Shown here piece by piece: positions 37,857-50,735 of a DNA stretch of 64,000 nt. This stretch comes from Sphaerodactylus townsendi (Eukaryota). Within the stretch, counting starts at the first letter, position 1. Each line of letters opens with the position of its first letter. The translations under genes were made by a program, and so were the position numbers. The notes under the pieces were generated by a model. That model had not been told where the DNA came from. It did no database searches and saw only the letters and a list, made by a program, of their open reading frames with translations. The stretch spans positions 61,008,001-61,072,000 of the forward strand of contig NC_059434.1 in NCBI RefSeq assembly GCF_021028975.2, read 5' to 3'.

Positions 37857-40789
37857 ATAGTCTACAGTAAAAATGCTAGGCCAGAGCAGCGAAAAGGAAA
37901 GTATGTGGCAACGTTTGTTGCAAGGGAAATTAAATCATTTTGCCTGAAACAGCAGAAGTAACACCACTATTCGTAGCTGCTAAGTGTTGATTTCACTCGA
38001 AGATAACATGTTTTAACTAATTTTACTTAAGATCAAATTAAAAGTCTACAAATTTTACTACAGAACAGCTACTACTTATAGACAGACAATCAACCATAGA
38101 GCATACTGCTAACTGCAGTTAGGAAGCTAAAAATGCTAGGCCAGAGCAGAGAAAATGAAAGTATGCTTAAAGGCACAGTTATGCTCTTTACAGACCAGTT
38201 CCATATATGACAATAGTTTCCAAAAATAGCGAGAGTGCACACACACACGCGCACACACACACACAATTAATGGCCATAAAAACAAATACATTTTAATTCT
38301 AATAAATAAACTCCAAGTTTGCTTTCACATTCAACATTTCAAAATGACAGATTTGACACTTTGTCCAATATTTGCTTAGGCCATTAAGGGAAAGCTTTTT
38401 CAGTAGAGGATAGATGATTAATTTTGATAGCCAGTCCCTGGCACCCAGTGGGGGGCAGAGATATGGGGGCACCATCACACTGATAACATTATTTCCCTTC
38501 CAGTAGGAGTCCAGTTTTCTTGCTCCCATTGCCTATTGCTGGTGAAAATTGTTTTTTAAAAAACCTGCAGTGTTGCGTACAGCACTATGTCCACTTCAGT
38601 AAGAGTAATTAAACTGAAATGATTCATAGAAAATGTGTGTTTCTGACAATCTCAGTCCAGGAAAAGCATCCATGATTTAAATCTGAACTAGTCAAAGAGA
38701 TTTTATCAGTAACAAACCATACAAAAGTGTTACAGTGGGCTTTAGTCAGTTCTTCATCTCTTAGGGTCATTCTAGGTGTTAACTGTCACTGAAACAACTT
38801 TAAAGATCTCTATATGGGATTCAGCATACCCAAAGGTGGTAAAAACCGAGGGTTGCCAGGTATTCAGTTTTGACAGGCAGCCTCTCACTAGAGTTACCTA
38901 CCTCCAGGTGGTAGCTGGAAATCTCCAGAGATTACAACTGATCTCCAGGTGACAGAGATCAGTTTTGGAAGGTAGAGTCTATGGCATTATAACTTACTGA
39001 AGTCCCTCCCTACCCCAAACCCACCCATCTCAGGCTGCATTCCCCAAATCTCCAGGCATTTTCCAACCTAGAGCCAGAGGCATGGAGGGGGGGAAAGGTG
39101 CCCAGGGCAACACCTCCACCTGTGCCCCATTAACCTTAGCCTCAGCTGGCTGAAGGAGCAGCCCGGTGGGGCGGGACCAGGGGCACCCAGTGGTGGCCCA
39201 GCCACTCTGCTCCTTTGGCCAGCAGATGTTCTGAGGAGCAGCCTGGCGGGGCAGGCCCAAGAGGAGGGGTGTTGGGGCAATTCTCCACTCCCCATGAGAC
39301 CAGCTGGCATGCACCTAGGGACATGTGACCCCACATGTCCCCTTGAGTGCGCTGCCTCTGCCTACAGCAGGGGAAAAATGGGGGAGGGAGAGGTAGAAAT
39401 GAGGGGATTGGCACTCTGACACCATGTATTTTAGTGTGAACTTGGTTTCTATGTAGTATGGAACGAAAGAGGAAAGTGTGGTGGAAAGTGGCAAATATAC
39501 TGGAAACAAAAACCAACCACACAATAGGCTACTGCATGTAGACTGATATAAGTATACAAAAGCACAACACAAATACAAAAAAGTAACAGCAAACAAGATT
39601 AAGCTAAAATTGACAACAAGCGCAAAATACCACAGGAAGAACAGGTAAGTCCAGTAACAGGCAACACTTCAAAACTAAGTGTACAGGAATTCAAGATTCT
39701 GCACTGGGAGAAAATTCTTCCTATAAAAGAATGTTGTTGCAATAAATTCTTCAAAGAAAGCTGATATTTCCAACAGAAGTAGTGTAGAATAGTTTAGGAC
39801 GGGACAATCCAGTTTTCTTTTTGTTTCACAGTTCTAAGGCCGCTTCGTCAGACGTGCAAACTGTTTAAGCCTGACCAATCATGGGTTTTGTTAGCCAATA
39901 TGAAAATGGCTATAAAAATTCCAAATCATGATGAGGCTAGGCTCTCTGCAAGTCTGCCACTGGTATGCTGCATATATGTTCACTCAACAGAAGTGATGAT
40001 GAACTATGGACTCTTGCTAGACACAGGACATTTGCAGAATAATAGCGTGAGGGATTCAGCTTTAAAGGTTTAGGCTTTTCAACAATATGTCTTCTCAAGG
40101 AACTTCAATTTGCATTCTGTTGCCTATAGCAAATAACAGCAGAGCTTGGAATGGCTAGCAGGCAGCCCACAACAACCTTCATTTTCAATTCATAATGTCT
40201 GTTTTTTGAAGCCATAAACAGTGATTCCTCAAAAGGCCTTAACTGTAGGTTAAGACTGCAGAGGAACAGACGTCTGCAATGGACAATGGGAGAATTAAGC
40301 CAGGCAGTAAAGTTATTCCAGATTCATTTGACATCACATCTTGCATAACAATACACTGCATCTCACAAGACTGGCAGAACCTTGGCTTCCTATCCTATCT
40401 GAAGGATTAACCTTCTGGCAGCAAAACTTTGTCTAGAAATACTGAGCAGCTGCCAGGCACAGAAGGCGAATGTTTAAGAAGAACACCTGTGTGAGCACAT
40501 TATTAACTCTTCCGTGTCAGCATAAATTATGGCCCTGATTCTTTGGTTGTAATCTATATAACATGTGAGTAGCCTACTGGTAGTGGCTGATTGCACGCAA
40601 GAGACTGGACGCTTCTTGACACTCAGTTCCAAGACAGAAACTGCTGAATGCTTTTGAAACTGTAATAACTAGAAACAGAGTAATCTTCTCAGAACAGTAA
40701 CTGGAAACAAATAACACTTCTGATTTTGCGTTTTAGAAACTGCAGTACTGACTAAACGTTGGTATGCTGATCTGATTATTCCTTTATAT

Positions 40790-40978
40790 ACTGCATCTTC
40801 CCTTTACCCACAGTGAAGCTGCTTACGTTGTTCTCCTCATGACAACCCTGCACAGTGGGTTACACTGACAGTGTGACACAGGCCCAAGGTCACACAGCAA
40901 GTACTGATGGCACAGTGAGGAATTGAGCCTAGGTCTTCTAGATCCTAGTCTGACACTGTAACCACTACACCACATTGA
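40790..40978 (-). mobile_element. Older tRNA-derived SINE
   Basis: Diverged similarity to the Squam3-like copies (ggcccaaggtcac...taaccactacacca). Confidence 0.6.
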
Positions 40979-41169
40979 CTGTTTTACCCTATAAACCATT
41001 CACCTGCTATAGGTGCTGATAATTAAGAATCATATTGTCGACTTGGAACAGAAGGGAAGAACCATATTGTGAATCGCTGTTGTTTATAAATTCTTGCTGT
41101 AGTGAAATGATCAGTCAAATCCAACTTCATAGAGTTGAAAGAGGCAATAGTCCTAGTCATGTCCAAAGA

Positions 41170-41850
41170 CAACCACTCCTTGACCCCTAATGATTTATCT
41201 AACTACTGACCAGTCACTTTCCCTCCTATTTTGGAGAAAGCACTTGAACAGATGGTAATGAGCCATTCTAAGAATTCCTGTATGATGTATATTGACCTGT
41301 TTCACTACGACTCTGTAGTCTGGTTTTGAGTGGATAATGTTCTGCTCATGCTGATAAATTACTTTCACTAAGTGAAAAATAGGCTCTTCTGCACCTCTCA
41401 ATAGCTTTCAATACTACCAACATGATATTTTTGAGGTCTCTTGATAGAACTAGAAAGTGCTATGCCTAAGTGGTAGAGTGGTTATGTATCAGAATGGGTC
41501 TAGAAAATGTAGCTAGGAGTGTTTTTTTCTACTGTGTGGTCTATATGCTATAGATTCTAATCCCTCAGAGCTGTATTTTGTCCCCTGGGTCATTCAGTAT
41601 GTACAGGAAACCCCTAGAAAAATGGTTTTGGAGATGTGAGGTGCCATCAGCCCCTAACAATTCCTTCTTTTTAGCTAAATCGGTTGCAGCTGTGGATATT
41701 CTGAGCAGATTATTGTAGTCAGTAACAGGAATTGATTGGTGATGGTAAACTGAGGCTGCATGTAGACAAGAGAGGGGAACAGTTGATATGCTGTTTAAAA
41801 TTTTCATGGAAGTTGTATTCAGTCTGTGTGTTACAGGTATATACACATGC
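41170..41850 (+). mobile_element. Ancient L2-like LINE RT remnant
   Basis: Degenerate motifs SNY*PVTFPPILEKALEQ (compare NYRPVSLLPFLGKVLE) and HLSIAFNT (compare DLSxAFDT). Confidence 0.55.
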
Positions 41851-42186
41851 TGGACTTCCAATAAGATTCAATATTGCTTATAGATGGATGTGACATCTGC
41901 AACTCATGGCACCTTCATCTGTGTCATTCGGAATCCAAGATGAAGCCCTCATTTGTGTCATTTGGAATCCTGGCTGTATCACTTCCTGGAATTTGGGTAT
42001 AGATAGAGGTTCAACCAATCCAGAATACGGCGACAAGGTCAGTAACCAGAAGTTGTTATAATACATATACTTTGCTGGCTTCTTGTTTCTTTCTTGGCAA
42101 AACTCAAATGTAGCTTTGACCTTGAAAAGACGCATCTTTTCCCATCTGTTTGTCGGCTCAAATGTTCATTGAAGGATCTTTTTCCA

Positions 42187-42320
42187 CTGGTTCTGGTGGG
42201 TTTTCCGGGTTGTATGGCTGGGGTCATACAACCCACATGGTCATACAAGACCATGGCCATATAACCCAGAAAACCCACCAGAACCAGTTGAATCTGGCTG
42301 TGAAAGCCTTCGACAATACA
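42187..42320. mobile_element. Penelope-like inverted terminal remnant
   Basis: 42187-42218 is the inverted copy of 42256-42287; ends gaaagccttcgacaataca, homologous to the element at 25497. Confidence 0.7.
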
Positions 42321-42647
42321 TTGATCTTTCTCCAGGTGCTCATTGCTCTGGCATTAAATAGATGACTCTTGGAGCTGATGCCTTATCAGTAGCTGTGCCC
42401 ACAAGTGACTGAATTTCTCCACATGGTCCCACATGGCATTGATGGTTGACTGCATTATCATATTACTTGTTTCAAATTGTTCTCAAGGGTATTATTGTTT
42501 GATTAGCTGTTTACATCAGAAGAAATGTATTCTGTTTTTAAAACACTAGTACTTAATAGTGGCCATTAACAAATTTTTACTATGATGAAATTTATTTGGT
42601 TTTGCTATTTCTGTGAATTGTGTAAGTCACCCTTATAGTCAAGGTTT

Positions 42648-43735
42648 TGTTACGGCCTTAACAGGGGTAAGGATTTTATTAAAGGGATTCTCCACCAGCT
42701 GCTAAAAGTGTAAACAGCACACATAGGATTTTAAAAGTAGCAAAGGGGAATGAACGCTCACGTTGGCAGCGAGAGGGGCCGAGAGGGGATCTTTTAGACT
42801 GTGTCTACGGGGAAGGAATTCTAGCAATGGATATTCCACAGAGAAGCAAGAGTCCAAATTGAATTTAAATGCTTTATATAAATTTGTTTAAAAATACACA
42901 CACCCAGTAAGACACAAGGGCACATACATTCAAGTTCCTAAGATATAGAAAGGTGTTAAAAATATAGATTGGAGATAGAAATGGAGGGGGGTTTTCAGGG
43001 AAATACTTTACCTAACGATTCTTAGGAGGGTAGAAGTAGAAGGCAGGAATTCCATGCCAGCACAGGAACCCAATGAAGGACGAATCCATGTCTCAACACC
43101 ACAGCAAGAGCACATGTGGCAAAGACCAATATGTTGCAGGTAAACTGAACCTTTATACCCTTTTGCCCAGGAAGAGGCGGGAGCTAGTGAGTTTTCCTTT
43201 TTTTTCTAAATTCTCTGGAATTTCCCATGCTGGGCTTGGGGGGTGCTGAGGTCATTAGTCAGCTGGTCTACTGCTAAACCCGGGACAATGGGAGTCAATT
43301 GGTCCTAGATTAAGTCAGGAAGCACAGAATGGCTTTATGCAAAGTAACTCTGATTTTGGGCTGAGACATTAGACCGGGGAAAGGTGGGTGCTTTAGGAAA
43401 ATTCATAACAATGGGAAGAGGAGATGCAGAGAAGCAACCATCTGTTGATGACTTGGTTTCCAGAAGAGATAGGGAAATGACAGTATCTGATCCGTATTCT
43501 TTGTTAACAGTATCTTTGCAAGGTGAGGTAATCAAGCATTCTAGTGACTCAAATGAGGCCTCCAAGTTATGCTGGAGTAACTCATGATCTTAGCTTTTGT
43601 TAAAGTAGTTTTGACCTTTTGACATGCTGCTACCTACAACCCATAGGAGTGCTTTTGGCAACTAGCTTTTGCCAATATGATTTTAAAGCAGAAATATATA
43701 TAAATAATATTCTGGGGGTCCTTTGGGTCGTTACA
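42648..43735 (-). mobile_element. Solo LTR (~1.09 kb), 4-bp TSD GTTT
   Basis: Minus strand reads TGTAAC...GTAACA; gttt on both flanks; minus-strand TATAAA (43152-43157) and AATAAA (42675-42680). Confidence 0.8.
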
Positions 43736-44242
43736 GTTTGGTGGAAGGAGAAGGAGAAATTTTTGAAATAAATAAAGCAAACATACGCATCGCTCTCTCA
43801 AGGAACTCATTTACTATTAAAATGGACAGAAGTCTTTATGAAAAATTATGCTGAAGCTATAAAAAAGCAATGTTTTTCATACATCTAAATCTTTCCGTTT
43901 GCAGCAGAATTTATTTCAGTAATGTGATAATATGCATATCTATTTTTTTTCTCTCTCAATCAAACTTATCCAAACAAATGAAAATGCACTGACACCTTTA
44001 TGGGAGGTAAATAACCATTAAAGAAAGTTTTTGAATTACAATCTGGAAAATATATTATAGGGTATTAATAACAGGAAAAAGTTGAGACAAAAAGACATAA
44101 AATATCTTTGAACTATAAATATTCTGTATGGCTCTATCATCTATTTTATTTATTCTGAACTGTATTAAATATAATCAGGTTTTTGGAAAGTACATCTATC
44201 AATTCTGAAATAATATATATTTTTTCTTCAATGATTGATTAT

Positions 44243-44469
44243 GGCTGGATCCAAACGAGCATTTCCATGGGTGGAAGGATTTCTGCCCTCATAACACACC
44301 TTCCTCTTCCCGCTGCAGTCTAACCCCTCGACCCCCAAAATGCTACTTCTCCAAAGATTAGCATTTCTGGGAGCATTTTGGTCCACAGTGGTAGGGCAGA
44401 TGTAGTAACAAAGTTCTGCTCTAAGCAAAGATTCTTCTGCCCACGGAAAAGCTGAGTTGGATCCAAGCC
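44243..44469. mobile_element. Old palindromic MITE
   Basis: ~38-bp imperfect TIR beginning ggctggatccaa; similar element at about 52760-52927. Confidence 0.6.
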
Positions 44470-45705
44470 TATTTTTCTTTCCAAAATGGCAACTCCATCC
44501 AGAGCCCAAGGCAGCAGGACGTGACGGTGCTACCATGCCACCCCACTTCTTCCAGAGGGCTTTTGGCCAGCATGGGGACTCCAGGTTTGGAACGTTGCAG
44601 GGAAGAAAGGTGGAATAAAAGGAAAGAACAATGTGATTAAGGTGGACTTCTGTGCTTTTCTATGTGTAATGGTGCACCTGACAGAATTTGAAGAGAAAAA
44701 ATGGATGCAAAGATAAGTTTTCCCCAGACAGAATGGAAGAATTTGCTAGTATGCTAAGTGAGGTCTTTACACCAACTTGCTAAAAAAAAAAAGTTGAAGA
44801 AACACATTCCTTAAAATTACAGCAAATCTGTGCTCATATTTTACAAGCACTACACCTATGGGACAAGCTATTAAAATATTTTCCCATTTTTAGCCAAAAA
44901 TTACATACCAATCGCTGTAAATGCTTGTGCTACAGACGGCCTTTTCAAACAAAACATCTCAGCAGAAATTATTTAAAACAACTTATCTACTCTTCAACAT
45001 TTTTTGGCATGAGAGCTTATAGATTTAGTTAATTAACACTGTTGTGTGCAGTGGCTTGTTGGGTATAACTGCAGTGACTAAGCTATATTATGGCATTCCC
45101 AGCATGTTTTAAAGAGTCTGCTAATGTTCGTGGGAATGACAAATGCATAGTTAGTGTCACAGATGAATTGTTTATAATCAGGTCTGCCAACAGCCCCAGT
45201 GTTGACAAGAAACACCCCTGCTGTTTTAGCAAGAGGTCCCTGTTGAATGCAGGCTGTCAGCTATGGTGGACTATGAAACAATGTGTTGGTGAGGCCACCA
45301 AACCATTACACAGGTAACCTAAGCCAGGATTATTCTTTCCCCAGTTACATTTAGTTTACTTCTCCAGCTCACTTTCATTTCCATCATAATCACATCTTAC
45401 TAGATTGCTTATCGAAAGGCTAATTTCCAAGTTCCTAAATCTCAGTGACTTCAGTTAGATTTATGTGCATGTAGCAGTGTGCTGGCCGCCGCCGTTTTTA
45501 TTACACTTTTTTTGTTTTGGCATCATAGCATTTATCTAATTTTTATATGCAAAAATATTTGCTGGTGAATCCAAATTTATGATTTATCTTGCTGTTCACG
45601 GGATTTTTCATTTGAATGCTTACAATATCTGATTAACCAAATATGCAAAAAATGTTGTTTTTATTGAGATAAATCACAGAATGAAACATTTTATCTTGAA
45701 CTCAC

Positions 45706-45750
45706 CTGATGTCCATCCATTCCTGGAACACCAGGTGCACCAAAAGAGCC
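45706..45750 (-). CDS. COL25A1: COL25A1 exon, GSFGAPGVPGMDGHQ
   Basis: 45 nt, tgcag/GGC...CAG/gtgagt. Confidence 0.95.
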
Positions 45751-48290
45751 CTGCAGAGAACAATAGACTTGGGCTTAGTGAAATATGCCAACCAGATAAC
45801 AAAGGACTCATTATCAAAGCAATGCTTTAATTTATAACCTGTTACAACTATGTTGCTTCATTCAACATTTGAAAATTTTCTGTAAACTATCAAACTTACA
45901 ATTTGCAGTTCTAAAATAACCTACATGTTTATTGCTATTTACATAACCTTTGTGATTTCTATATAACATTAAATATTTCACAGAATCAACACCACTTAAA
46001 AGCATTAGGTGCTTGTAAGTATTTCACATAGGCCAATACAAATGGGTTAAGGGTGGGATACAACCTGGGTTGGGGGGGGGGTAACTTCACATGGATCCCA
46101 CTCCTAATGGGAGTTCACTCCGTGTTCCCCCCACCTGGGTTTTTCAAGAATCGCGATTTGTGTGATTCTTTTGTTTTAAAGCGCCCCGCAGCTGAGCAAA
46201 TGGCCCCTGGTGGGAGGCGCGTTATGAAGCTGCATTTTTTTACCTCCCATCTCCCATCTGTGAAGCCACGCAGGCACTTCTTGCGTCAGCAAGGCTCTGG
46301 GGATGCATGTGTGCCTGCATGCGTAGCTGCGCTTCAGTGAGAGGAAGGTAAAAAAAAGAGACGCGCCTCCATGCGAAGATGCATTGGTGGCCCACGTTAG
46401 CTTCGGGGCCACCCACAAGGAGGCGTGTGAACAGTCCAGGGCTGCACAAGGCTCATGTACCCAGCTGCACCCCGCTTTGTTTTGGCCATGCGGAATGGGC
46501 CCTAGAGTTAACAATTCTAGGTTGGAGAGTTTTTAGAAATTTTCCTGGAACCTCGGGAAGGCGAAGTTTAAGGGGGAGAAGGAGCTCAGAAGGGATATGA
46601 TGTCATAGAAGACACCCTCTGCAGCTGCCAGTGTCTCCAGGGGAACTGATCGCTGTTGTCTGGAGATAGTTGGAAGGTTGGCAACCCCAGAAGTACCCCT
46701 CTTTCATTTATCACTTGGAATTTTGTGAAGGAAGTTACTGCGATTCATTCCTATCAACAGTGACATCTTTGATGGTTTGAAGATCTAAACTGAAAAACAC
46801 CCCCGGCCTAATTGTGAAAACATAGGAATCTGTGGTAACTTTGTCAGTTCACCAGTTTTAAATGACATTTTAAGAAATCTATAGAAAAAGAGGTCATTGA
46901 GAAGGGTATTAACAGTGGGAAAAAGCTTATTATACACAATTTCAAACTATTTCTATGGAGTCTTATGTGATGCTCTTTATGAATGTTCAGTGACAGCTTA
47001 AAATATGAAGAAAACAGCCATGAAGTATAAGTCAGCACGTGAGCAAGTTTCAGAGAGATTCGCCAACATCTTTCATTTCCAAATAATTGTTCACATTGTT
47101 CCACAAGTGACTAAACATCTGCTCTAAAATACATCCTTCTTTTAAATAAAAGAGGAACAGGAAGAGTTATGTGACAACATTCTTTTTGAAACCCTCTAGC
47201 CCCCCCCCCCCAAGCAGTCTATAGATGTACTGTAAGTGCAATACTATGCAGATGTTGCAAAATTATTCCAGTCTTAAATGCCAAGATTTTGATAAGCTTA
47301 GACCACAGAAACGCTGAAAAAAATTACACTATCAAGGACAGCTTTAAAACCTGCACTATTAGTAAACACACTGCTAATCACCTAATGTCCATTATAAACC
47401 TACATCTAAACACTGATTTGCATTATAAGGATGATGACCTCAAAAGAATATTTGGAAGTTTGCCTGTGACTAGAAAGACAAGAATAATGCCTTTCTCGCT
47501 GCTAATACTGCTAATTATTCTTCACAGTTTCTTTGACCTTTTTCTTGAGCACCACATTTTATGAAACACCTATCCAGAATATTTGATTTTAAAACACATT
47601 GGCTAGGGTAAATTTCTTTTTCTTGGAGATAGTAAGATGCTGGTTAGTCATTGGCAATAAGCCATCCAGAGATTTTTTTATTGCTGATGTATTTAGTATT
47701 TGCCTAATGGTGCAGTGAATAAATTGTGGGTTCTCTAAATCTAGCTTTAGCCGTCAGTCTTGATGAGTGTAAATAATTTTGGAAGCATTCATAGGAAGTC
47801 AGCTCTCAGGTTACTGTAGAAATAGGAAGACATACAAGCTGGCCACCAACCATCATTTATCAAAAACACCTAGAATCCTTTGTTTCTCTTGGTCAGTCGG
47901 TGGGGTGGGGGGAAAATCATATGGGAGTGATCTACTTGAATAAGAACACATTTCTCATATGAAACTGTAGCCACACTTCCCACAATGTTTTAAGTTTGGT
48001 TTCATGATTTTACTGGTGCTCAAATAAGAAAATTATAGTAACCTTTTAACCTGCTAGATCAGCAGATGGATTGAAAACAGTCTCACTTGGCATCGTGAAG
48101 GGAAGATCGGTAGTGGCGATGGAAATTAGGGAACTCACATTATGTGGCTGTATTTTGGGAAAACAGAGCACCCAGACTAAACCAGCTACTTCAGTGTGGT
48201 ATACAGTAGCTAATTCTTTTCATTCCTAAGGCTTGCAATTTGGCACCAGCCAGCATAATCACTTTCACAGCACTGTTGTTTATACTATAC

Positions 48291-48317
48291 CTTTTGTCCT
48301 GGAGGCCCCTCAGGTCC
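48291..48317 (-). CDS. COL25A1: COL25A1 exon, GPEGPPGQK
   Basis: 27 nt, ttcag/GGA...AAG/gtatag. Confidence 0.93.
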
Positions 48318-50699
48318 CTGAAAAGGGAAAACAATTCAATTAGCATAATAATCAATCCAATTTAAGTTTAAGTGACCAATTAAAAAATGCCCCATTGTGC
48401 AAACTTTCCTAAACTGGACCCAAATCAGTTGATGTTTCACACAGTAAAGAAAAGTGAAACTTTTTTTCCCCTGAAAAAGTACAATAGTCTCATTTCCCAC
48501 TCTTAAGCATTAGCTACACACTAGAAAGTGCAGACTCTTCTTTCCTCCTGCTTTGGCTCTATTCTACCCAGCCTCTAGCTCTTTCATATCCACAAATTGA
48601 GTCCATGATCTTCCTCAATTCTGAACTTCCTCCATTGCTGAAGGAGCAATTTGGTGGTACTGAAGTATGTCCAGACTCTCAGATCTGCAGCCTTCTTTAG
48701 CTTGGGCAACTTGCCACTGGAAAAGGTGACAAGAGCATTCATTCTGCATTTCCACGCTTCTTATTCTCAGCTCACCTGCTCCACTTTTCAAATGGTAGAT
48801 TCCACTGAACTTCACCCCTTCCCTCCACTGGTTTTTCTGGAGGTTGTCCAGTTTTAATCAAGTAAATGTGATGGGGGCAAAGAACTCTTCTTCCCTAGTG
48901 GTGCAGCTCTGATTTATATTGTAAATCCTTTCATATAAACCCAAAAGATCCAATAATGGATCCTCAATGAGCTGACTGGGGATTTAAATATCCAAGGCTG
49001 TTCCCTCCCAGTCTGACATTTTATCACCTGTATGTCAGGATAGGTCTCTCCCACCTTTTCTGTTGCTTGCTAATGGATAATGTAGGGAGTTACAGGATAC
49101 AAAGCCTTTTACATGCATGTTTTGCTTGATTTGGTGGTGCAACGAGCATTTATTTTTACATCAGTAATAGTTGTGCATGAACTTGGAGGTCATTAAAACA
49201 GCAAAAAGTGATCTAAAAGGGTTTCAAGAAAAAAAATTGGCCAAATCCTGATGTTATCTGAATAACTTCACAGAACAGCAATTGTCTCCAGCTCCTAAGT
49301 TAAGTTACATTAGTTGAAATTAAAACCTCTCCTGGAAATCCATTGCAACATGTGTTAATACTGACAAGCATTCCTTCTCCTATAAATTTCTAGCATACTG
49401 ATGAATTTAGCTAAAGAGCATACATTTTCTCATTAAAGGATGTATCCCTTAGAACTGGGGTGGGGGTGGGTAGAATTTCAAGCCAGGTGAAGCCTTTGCA
49501 GACAATCTGTTCATGATCTCGGTATGAGTTTCTCTACTGTTCCACCTTTCAACAGACTCCCACAGAGAACAATGGATTGTTGCTATTAATACACCAAAGG
49601 AGATAATTTAATTGGATTGTTAAATGGCAAAGAGTATGTATATTGTTTCAGCATAACTTGCAACTGTGGGCAAGGAATCTGAAATTTTCTCAGATCAGTA
49701 GAAGATAGAGGTTTTGATATAATATTTTTCATTAGCCATGGGTTGTTTGGCAGTATTTCTACCACTCAAACTTTTAGTAACATAGCTAAGATGGTTATCA
49801 ATTTTGAAGCCAAGTTACTAGATGTCAATGACCTTTAAACTTTTGGTAGACTTGAATATGATAAACATGCTTAACAACTGCTATGTTTTCTTATAGCCTA
49901 GTTTAAATGACAAAACATTGAGCTTCTTAGCCAAAAACAATTTTGGAGTGTGGTGGGCTAGGGTAAGGCTTACACTGGAAATACAAACATGAGTCCTGAA
50001 ACCAGAAGCTCAAATGTAAAGACCTACTCACACGCCTCCTAAAGAACTAAAAGATGATATACATTGTTAGATCTCGGCTAAATTTTCCAGTGACAGAGTG
50101 CTAAATTTCACATCTTCCCCTTCTCACTACTGCCCAGTGATTTCCACAGAAGACTTCTCCTGGGAAATAGAGAACCATGACAAATGATATGAAGGAGATC
50201 TGCAGCAGAAAGGGTGATTGCAGATTTGTTATGGATCTAGCCTATAGAGTTAGATCCAAACCACAGAGTAGATTCCAGGAGCACAATTCCAATCAACCAT
50301 GGGACAATTCCTTTCATCAGTAGACCCTACAGTTTGAATCCAACCAATTATATTTTGAAAGAAAATTAATTTTTGTGCTTGCATTTATTACTTTATATTG
50401 AAACCTTTCCAAAATGTTCATGCTACTTTATGTTAAATCTTTCCAAAAATACATGAAAAAATAGGGTACAGTGTTCTCTTTGTTGGCAATGGAAGATAAT
50501 TTTTAACTTTTTAATAGGGACATTGAAACAGAATACTGATGTCACTTTTCTTCATTGATTGCCAAATGATATAGTTTGTAACTCCCCTAGGTTTCACAAC
50601 TGGGGTCAGTATATTGAAGCAAAAACAATGTATTAGGAAAAGGAAAATACAAGATTTCTTGGAGATTGTCCCAGGAAAACTGAAGATTTTAGCACTTAC

Positions 50700-50735
50700 C
50701 ATCAAGCCTGGTTCCCCTGGTTTTCCTGACTCTCC
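50700..50735 (-). CDS. COL25A1: COL25A1 exon, GESGKPGEPGLM
   Basis: 36 nt, gaag/GGA...ATG/gtaagt. Confidence 0.95.
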
